This document shows positions 25,001 through 33,202 of a DNA stretch of 33,202 nucleotides, one piece after another. The position numbers and the translations under genes are program-made. Within the stretch, counting starts at the first letter, position 1. Every line of letters starts with the position of its first letter. The notes under the pieces are model-generated. The model did not search any database, was not told the origin of the DNA, and saw nothing but the letters and a program-made list of their open reading frames with translations. The stretch spans positions 124,001 through 157,202 of the forward strand of contig CAJNYD010000303.1 of assembly GCA_905331295.1 (NCBI GenBank), written 5' to 3'. This stretch comes from Rotaria socialis (taxonomy: Eukaryota).

Positions 25001-26992
25001 TTCGCCGACGATATCATATACCCTGCGGAAGATGGTTCGAGTCCTAGATTTGCCACTGTAGGAGATTTTAATAACGACGATCGAATGGATATCGTCATTG
25101 CCAATATCATGACTGACAGTGTAACTCTAGCCTATGGATATGGCAATGGAACATTCACAAACCAAAATGTATATACTACCGGAGTCGGTTCCCATCCATA
25201 CTTTCCTGCTGTTGGTGATCTTAATAATGACAATCGATTGGACCTTATCGTCTTGAATCAAGGTACCAACACCGTTGGTATTTTTCTTTCTTTCGACTAT
25301 GCAATATTCAGACAGAATAGCTCATACCCAACTTGGGGGTCTGGTCCAGCATCAATTGCTTTAGGTGACTTTAACAACGACAGTCAGCCGGATCTTGCTA
25401 TCGCCAACTATTTGAGTGACACTATAAGTATACTTCTTAGAAATGGTAATGGGGCTTTTGGAATGCAACATACGTTGTCAACTGGACTGAATTCATATCC
25501 ACGTTCGGTCGTTGTAAGTGACTTTAACAACGACAGTATACTTGATATCGCTGTCGCCAATCTTATGGGTGATAATGTAGGTGTATTTCTCGGATATGGC
25601 AATGGAACTTTTGGAGTGCAAATAACTTTTCCAACTGCAAATACTTCTTGGCCCTATTCGATCGCTGTAGGTGACTTCAACAATGACAGTCTACTGGATA
25701 TCGTTGTGGCCAACAATGGTGGTAACAATATAGGTATACTTCTTGGATATGGCAATGGAACTTTTCGAAAGCAAATAACTTTCCCAACTGGAAATAATTC
25801 TACTCCATCCTGCGTCACTGTAGGTGACTTGAACAACGACAGTCTACTGGATGTCGTTGTGGCCAACAATGGTGGTAACAATATAGGTATACTTCTTGGA
25901 TATGGCAATGGAACTTTTCGAAAGCAAATAACTTTTCCAACTGGAAATAATTCTACTCCTAATTGGGTCGCTATAGGTGACTTGAACAACGACGGTCGAC
26001 TGGATCTTGCTGTAGCAAACTATCTCGGCAACAATGTAGGTATACTTCTTGGATATGGTAACGGAAGTTTTGCACAGCAAACAACATATTCAACTGGCGA
26101 TGGTTTCGATACATGGATGATTACTATCGGTGATTTGAACAACGACAATATGCCGGATATTCTTGTTACCAATTACGGCGCTGACAGTGTAGGCATCTTT
26201 TTCGGGTATGGTGATGGAAGTTTTACTAGCCAGATGATATTTCCAACTGGAATTGGTTCTAAACCGATTGCGGCCGCCATTTGGGATTTCAACAGCGACA
26301 ATCGATCTGATATTGTGGTAGTCAATTATAATTCCGACAATGTCATTCTACTCCTTCGGGATAGTAGTCAACCTTTTCTAACCATGACGACGTTTTTGAC
26401 CGGCAAAAATTCTAATCTACAATATATGGCTATTGCAGACGTCAACAAAGATAATTTCCTGGATATTATCGTCGCCAACAATGGCAATGATAATATAGGT
26501 ATATTGCTTGGATATGGTAATGGGAGTCTGATGAAGCAAATTACATACGCAACTGGAAATGGATCCAGCCCTAGCTCAGTTGCCGTTGGTGATTTCAACA
26601 ATGACAGCCTGGCAGATATTGCTGTTGCCAATACTGGTGCAAATAATGTCGGTATTCTTCTTGGATATGGGAATGGAACATTTTCTGCTATAACATCATA
26701 TTCAACTGGAAACGTTTCTAACCCGTACTCAGTCTCTGTGGCTGACTTCAATAACGATAAGTGTCTTGACATGGCTGTCTCTAATTTGGGCTCTAAAAGT
26801 GTACAGGTATTATATGGATATTGCAATGGAACGTTTGGAGACTCGAAGTCTTATTCATTGGGTTACACTTCTATTTCATATTCGGTGACTGTTGGTGATT
26901 TCAACAGAGACACTTGGCTCGATATTGCAGCTGCAAACTATGGCACTGATAGTGTAGAGATTTTTCTGCAGGCATGCAATACTAAGTTATAA
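22082..26992 (+). CDS. Type II membrane protein with 28 FG-GAP/VCBS (Ca2+-binding beta-propeller) repeats, 3 exons, ~1507 aa
   Basis: Exons 22082-22188, 22241-22353 and 22689-26992 (GT-AG introns of 52 and 335 nt) splice in frame. This gives a basic N-terminal tail, a hydrophobic segment (AVGTACFISIAMIIGIIIICF) and then 28 ~51-aa repeats GDFNNDxxLDIxVANxxxNNVGIxLGYGNGTF. The ORF-track start at 22661 lies inside intron 2. Confidence 0.92.
25665..25959 (+). repeat. Near-identical 153-bp tandem unit (FG-GAP repeats 20 and 21)
   Basis: 25665-25806 vs 25818-25959 show 4 mismatches in 142 nt by eye. Confidence 0.92.
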
Positions 26993-27686
26993 TGAATCAT
27001 TTTTCCCGTTATGTTCAAAGGCTCAAACCTCCACGCACATATACATTCATACTATCAATATAGCAGCTTTATCTTTTCTATTAACATTTAATGCTATCTG
27101 CCTCTTACACTGTCAGTTCACCCCTATTTCTTTTTTCATTTTTTCTTCTTCTCTTGTTTACTTTCATTTTCATTTTATCACTCTATACATCATATTCTGT
27201 TTAGAAAGTGTAGCCTCTTATGATTCTATCGGGTTTTCTTCCGTATGTTTAATAGTTCATTGGCTTAATAATCAAACAGCTGTAAATTCTTACGACAAAT
27301 TTTGTTAGCACTTCCAAATATAACACTAAAGAACGAAATAGAATAGAAATCCTATAAATTCATAAGCAACGAGTACTATTCAAGATGGTTGCTACCAACA
27401 TATGTATATTATATTGTAATTAGACACTAGTGACCATATTTACACAACATACGAAACGCGTTTTCAAATAATATGTAACTCTTTTAAATCGAATCTTTAG
27501 TTTTTCGAAAAATACAAGACTAGGAAAAACCTTTAGAACATAGAAAATAGACATAGTTTCACTACGAAGTTGGTGCTTCATTATATTCTTGATACGAACC
27601 TGCGTGTACAAAGTCTTGGTACAAATTAGTTTAATGAATTTCTGGCACTGGAGTATGGTTTCTTCGCTTTTTTGTTCATCAACTTG

Positions 27687-27907
27687 TACTCTGAAAAAAA
27701 TAAAGGAGGTTTACAGAACCCTCCGAAAAGGTTCTGCAGATTTTCAAAATGCTCCAAATGTGTTCAAAGTCTCAAAAAAAGGATAAAAATTTTGACAGAA
27801 CCTTCAAANATCCTTTTTTTGAGACTTTGAACACATTTGGAGCATTTTGAAAATCTGCAGAACCTTTTCGGAGGGTTCTGTAAACCTCCTTTATTTTTTT
27901 CAGAGTA
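27687..27907. mobile_element. TA-flanked long-IR MITE in the Tc1 5' region
   Basis: Perfect 98-bp inverted repeat 27687-27784 / 27810-27907 with TA at both outer ends. The centre contains the N at 27809. Confidence 0.7.
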
Positions 27908-28277
27908 GATCATTAGCGAAGCTTTAAGATAATATATAATACGTTTTATCCTCGTTTTATTTTGTAGAGATGGCATGTTCAGAGCGAGAACATCTACAAA
28001 AGTAGATTGTACAACACTACATAACTGTAGCGAGCAAACATAAAAAGATTACTGTAAACCATTTTTTACAAGAGAAAATTCTTCGTCAAAGTATATATAA
28101 TATTATCAGGAAGTATGAAGATTGTGACCACGTTGCAGACAAATCTAGACTTGATCGTCCAAAGAAGCTATCAAGTAGACAATTAACACGACTGAAACGC
28201 TTAGTGAATCACAAGACTAGTATTTCTTTACGTCGAATAGCTCCAAAATTTAAAATCAGTTTTAAAACAGTTGACAA

Positions 28278-31200
28278 TAGTGACCTGCGTGACCACGATT
28301 TTTAGTCACAGTCACGTCACGGTCACGAACTATTGAGCCACGGTCACGGTCACGGTCACGATTATAGCCATGATAAATATATGGGTTCTGATTCTGAAAC
28401 AGTGCCAGTACTTGGTATTGAAAAGAGGCTTGTTGAGTAACGACATCTACCTACGGCTACCGCAATTGTGGACTTTTTCCAGAATGATATTGATTTGGGA
28501 AAATGAAAATCCAATGAATTTTATTATAGTGATGTGCAATACAAATCAATAGGTTAAACTACTGATCTGTGGTCTGGTGTAACGGATTGGTGTCGTATCA
28601 TACATTTGTTTCTGGGCTACATTTACTACATACACACGCACTACGAATGAAGGTTCTAATTTATTTCCAACTAAAAAACGTCAACTAAGAAATATGCAAA
28701 AGGATTTTGGGTTTAATGATAAAAACATAATATAGATGTCACTAATTTTTTATGATTCACTGAGAAGGCTTAGCATGGTAGCGATACATGTAATGAGTAC
28801 TGTTTATGCAGGTAATCATTGTGCTTTATTATCTTTAGATGAATCTCTATATTTAAGAAGTCTCCTAATCTAGTAGCTCATGGTGGTGCTGTAGTTGGCT
28901 TTTTACCAGCCAACCTTCCTTCCTTTTTAATTTATACATAATTAAAAAAATATTCATAATCAATAACAGTTTTTTTGTTTCATTTGAAACTGGATCTAAT
29001 TTTTTTCTATTTATCTCTTGTTTCACAACGTTATAATCTGACGCAAAGTTATAGAAACGAACTTGGTGTTTAATCTCAAAAAATTGTAGATTACAACATC
29101 TTTTTAGTGAACACATCTCTTGTTGGTGNCAATAGGTTAAACTACTATTAATAATAATATTCTGCCGATCGAGTGGACAATCGATTGTTTTTGTACTTTC
29201 ATAAACCATGGTTTCGAAATTATTAACACGTACTCCACTCGAACAGCTTTTCAAGAAAAACGATACCTCGATCGCATTAAAAAAGGTCAAACAAACCGAT
29301 CATGGTTCATCATTTTGGCCACGATTTAGTCTCGTGTTCGTGAACGATGTAGGTCAAAATTTCGTAATATGCGACAAATGTCGAACAATTGTTACCTATA
29401 AAAGTTCAACTGGTACTGGTGGTTTAAAGAAACATTTAGCATCATGTGACAAAATTACATTATCAAATACTACACAATCAATTATAACAACATATTATAC
29501 TGCTAGCAAACCATCAATTATACCAGAAAAAATTACAAAAGAAGTAACTAATGCTTATCTTGAATTTATTGCATTGGCTGGTCGGCCATTTGAAATTGTA
29601 TCCCGAATAGGTTTTAAGAATATGCTTGAAACAATTTTCAAGGCAGGAAAAATAACAGCTAATTCACAATCAACTGAAATTTCAGATTTGTTACCACATC
29701 CAACAACAGTAAGTACACCTTCACAACTCAGAAACGATATAATTTTCTTCTTTTATCGTCGTAGGTTAGTCGTAAAGTTGATCAAGTTTATAGTTTTTGA
29801 AAAAAACAACTTACCGAATGGTGTAAAACAATTAATAGCTATGCAGTGGTTATTGACATGTGGACCGAAAAATACAGTGGTAAGTTTCTTTGATTCTCTG
29901 AAGCTATATCGTTTTTCCAATCGGATTTAGGTATTCATTATTGCGGTGCTACTGTACGTGAAATTGATGAAAATTTTTATTTACATTCATTTTCTCTGGG
30001 TTGTAAACCGTATACACTAGCTAATCAAACAGCTCCAAATATTCGAAAATTTATAGATGATTTGTTACATGATTATGGTCTTTCATTAAATACAAATTCA
30101 TTTATCGTCACCGACAACGAGCCAAAGATGCTTGCAGCTTTACGTGGTGCTAATCGAGTTGGATGTAGCGACCATTACATTAATAAAGCGTTAGAACATG
30201 CATTTACATCTCCGAAAAGTAATTGTGTTGAAGTTATTCAAGTTTTTGATATTGTAGGATCACTTGTTGAAAATTTTCGTCGATGTCATCGACAGATTAA
30301 ACTGTCAAGAAAACTTCAAACTTTTAGTGTGACTAGGTTTAGTGGCGCATATTATATGCTAGTGAGTTTTATTTAACTAAAATATATAATTTTTTACTAC
30401 TATACTATGATTTATTCTAGAATGTATTCAATATCACATATAATGAGCGTGTTGATGCTTTTAGTGGTTCACATTATAATGGTTTTGAATCTCTTGATAA
30501 AGACTTATTGTATCAACTTTGTGAATTTATTCGATCATTTGATGAAGTTATCACCACGCTAAGTGAGGAAACTCAACCTACACTTCACAAGGTTATCCCT
30601 CTTCGGTGTCTTTTGATTAATCACTGTACACAAAAACCAGATGACATTTCTGGTATGATGAAAATAAAACTATTTTTACGTAAGTGAAATATTTATCGGT
30701 AAAAATAATAGAAATTTTTTTATTTATTCATAATCAATCAATTTCCATATATTATATGCAACTTAAATAAGTGTTTAAAAAAAATGATCGATACGAATTG
30801 AATCTTTGAAAAATAGAAATTTTATCAAATGTATTGAAATCTAAATTGAATTTTGCTGAAATAATTCAGGGAAATATCATATAATATAAATTCAACTGAA
30901 CAGTTTTACGAAGTCGATGTAACTAAAAATATCTGAATAAATCGAACTAAGGAGCAATTCTATAAAAATCTTACAGACTTTTCTCGAAAAGATTTAATCA
31001 TTAATATTTTTTGGAAGTTGACTACCGTTTCATTCTGACATAAGTTATAAATTATAACTTATAATACATTTCGTGTTATATTTATTTTTCAAATTATTTT
31101 CATTATTTAGAAGAGAGAATTATGGACAAGTGGCCGATCCAATCGGAACATTTATTAGCTACATTACTTCATCCTCGTCTTCGTGATTTTTCTGGTGATC

Positions 31201-32117
31201 AAGCATTGAAAGATCGGGCAATCGAATTGCTTCAATCAAGTATTTCATCATCTGCTGATTCTTCCAGTAACAATACATCGTCTTGTAATTCGTCGTTATC
31301 ATCAAGTGTTGATAATTCCATAACACCTAAAAAAACTAATATTCTCTCGTTATGCTATGACAAACCACGAGCTACTAAACCAGCACTTGATGAAATCCTG
31401 TTGTGGCTGCAAAGTGATTTTAGTAAAGATTTTATAAATGATGACTTACTTTTGTTTTGGAGAAGAGAAAAAGATGATTTTCCAAGTATTGCCAAAATTG
31501 CTCGTAAGGTGCTGGCTATTCCTGCAGCCAACACCTCTGTGGAAAGATTATTTTCTTCGACCAAAATTACGATTGGTGATCGAAGAACAAGATTAGGAGC
31601 TGCAAAAATTGACAAGCTTATGTTTCTGCAAAAGAATTTAATCCCACTTAAGGATATGTTTGATTCAAAAAACGTTTTAACAACAAACGAATTAAAAAGA
31701 AAACCTGATAATATACATGAACAAGATGATGATAGCGATCATTATGCTTCAAAAAAACTCAAAGTTATTGAAATAGATGAATGTATGTTTTCAAGTGATG
31801 ATTGTGAAAATGATGATTATGAAAGTGAAAAAGGGAACTAGTAAGCATCAGAATAATGATAAAGTTTTGATTTATACTAATGATTCATTAGTAATGAATC
31901 TAGTTGTCTTTTTATTAATGATTTTGTTTTTGTTCTTGTTTTTAATTAAGATTTAATACTATATGTGAACATAATAAAAAGCTTCGATTTTTTTATTTTT
32001 CAATTAAATTATGAACAAGATTCTCTTTTTCATTTTTTCATTGTTTTCATTTTTTGCTAAAATATTGTCGGTCACGGTCACGCATGACCGTGACCGTGAC
32101 CACTTTGCAGGTCTCTA
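28278..32117 (+). mobile_element. Full-length Hermes/Ac-group hAT transposon
   Basis: TIR TAGTGACCTGC / GCAGGTCTCTA (10/11). Perfect 8-bp TSD GTTGACAA at 28270-28277 and 32118-32125. Subterminal CACGGT repeats at both ends. Confidence 0.95.
29208..31841 (+). pseudogene. hAT transposase, 5 exons, ~678 codons, one premature stop
   Basis: Exons 29208-29708, 29765-29879, 29931-30361, 30421-30679 and 31111-31841 splice in frame. BED finger (CDKC…HLASC), Hermes-type DBD (GRPFEIV), IDMWT, VTDN, CSDH, and hATC motif IPAANTSVERLFS. TGA at 29798-29800. Confidence 0.88.
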
Positions 32118-33081
32118 GTTGACAACCAATTGAGAGCTATGGGTATACGCTATTACAAAAAAAAACGAGCACTAAAATATACTGAAAAACAACTTCAAGA
32201 AATTCTAATTCGTGCTCGTCATTTTTATCGTGAATTGTTAAAACATGATTATGAACTGGTAATGGATGATGAAAAATATTTTTTATTACACAATGAATTT
32301 GTACCTGCCAATCGTGATTTCTATTCATCGGATAGACAAACTACAGTTCCAGATGCTAAATTTAAAAGAATCAAGAAGTTTGAACCTAGATTATTTGTTT
32401 GTGTTGCAGTGTCTGAAAATGGCATTTCCAAACCATTCTTCTCAAAAGAAAGCAGGCTGTCACTCAAAAAACGTATTTAAATAATTGCATTAAGACACGT
32501 TTAATGCCATTCATTGAGAGCTATCACACCAAGGAAAATGTGTTATTCTGGCCCGATTTGGCTTCAAGTCATTATGGACATGATGTCATATGGTGTTTGA
32601 ATGATAATAAAGTAAAATTCGTACCGATCGAATACAATCCTCAAAACTGTCCACAATCATGTCCAATAGAAACTTTATGGTCAATCATCGATGACATGGT
32701 ACACGACAATGGCTGGGAAGCAAAATCCATTGATCAATTGAAAAGAAGAATTATTGCAAAATTGAAAGAAATCGATCTGAAACTAGTACAAACTATGCTT
32801 TCAGGTATACGAACACAACTTCGAAAAATTGCTGATAAAGGACCTTACGAAGCTTGTTATTTTTTATTGTTGCAACTTTAGCACATGTACTTTTGTTTGT
32901 TATAGGAAAAAGGAAATAAAAGACTAAAAACATTTTTGTACCAAGGCTTCTTATACGTAGGTTATTTTTGAGGAAGAGTATAGTAAAAGTATATGGTTTA
33001 CAGTCAGTTGCTATTGCATAGAGATGACCAGAGCTTGGTGTGTGCATTGTCGATTGTGCGATGACAAATACAAATTGTATG

Positions 33082-33202
33082 TGTGCCGATATTGATGGCA
33101 CGCTTCGATGATTCTCCTTCCTCTTCCTTCTATTCTCTTTCCATTATTATAATATATCTCTCTCCTGTCTCTCTTCTATCTCTCTCCTATATATACGTGT
33201 GT
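33082..33202 (+). mobile_element. Second copy of the LTR-like element, truncated by the window end
   Basis: Aligns to 14606-14714 from the first base (tgtgccgatattgatgg…ctatatatacgtgtgt) with scattered substitutions and a longer CT tract. Confidence 0.7.

Larger units (their letters stand above)
27970..32881 (+). pseudogene. DD37E transposase pseudogene (parts 27970-28277 and 32126-32881)
   Basis: N-terminal HTH region (…RPKKLSSRQLTRLKRLVNHK…FKTVDN) resumes in frame as QLRAMGIRYYKK once the hAT and one TSD copy are removed. Catalytic motifs MDDEKYF, FWPDLASSH and NCPQSCPIE, with 37 residues between the second D and E. Stop at 28003-28005 and a frameshift near 32450. Confidence 0.9.
27595..32963 (+). 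mobile_element. DD37E Tc1/mariner (ITm) transposon, defective and interrupted by nested elements
   Basis: ~29-bp imperfect TIRs at 27597-27625 (aacctgcgtgtacaaagtcttggtacaaa) and 32935-32963 (5 mismatches), with TA just outside the left end. The transposase is split by the hAT insertion. Confidence 0.85.

Noticed and set aside
23335..26826. Several 64-153 aa minus-strand ORFs
   Set aside because: Antisense shadows of the repetitive FG-GAP exon.
27428..27435. TAGTGACC identical to the start of the hAT left TIR
   Set aside because: Only 8 bp, with no subterminal repeats or TSD; likely chance.

Overview
AT-rich eukaryotic genomic DNA with many 50-66 nt GT-AG introns. The gene families present suggest a bdelloid rotifer (inference). 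There are two apparently intact genes. One is a 6-exon minus-strand EF-hand plus proline-rich protein (11568-10033, ~414 aa). The other is a 3-exon type II membrane protein with 28 bacterial-type FG-GAP/VCBS repeats (22082-26992, ~1507 aa), whose linkers suggest a 7+7+3+[7]+4 propeller layout. The rest is dominated by transposon material: an ADP-ribosyltransferase pseudogene, MULE-type foldback MITEs, hAT MITEs, two decayed MULE transposases and a repeated solo-LTR-like unit. At the 3' end a DD37E Tc1/mariner element contains a long-IR MITE and a complete, intron-containing Hermes-like hAT element, which may itself carry a further insertion. Three single-N gaps (4996, 27809, 29129) lie next to repeats, so those structures need read-level confirmation. 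No rRNA, tRNA or CRISPR array was seen.
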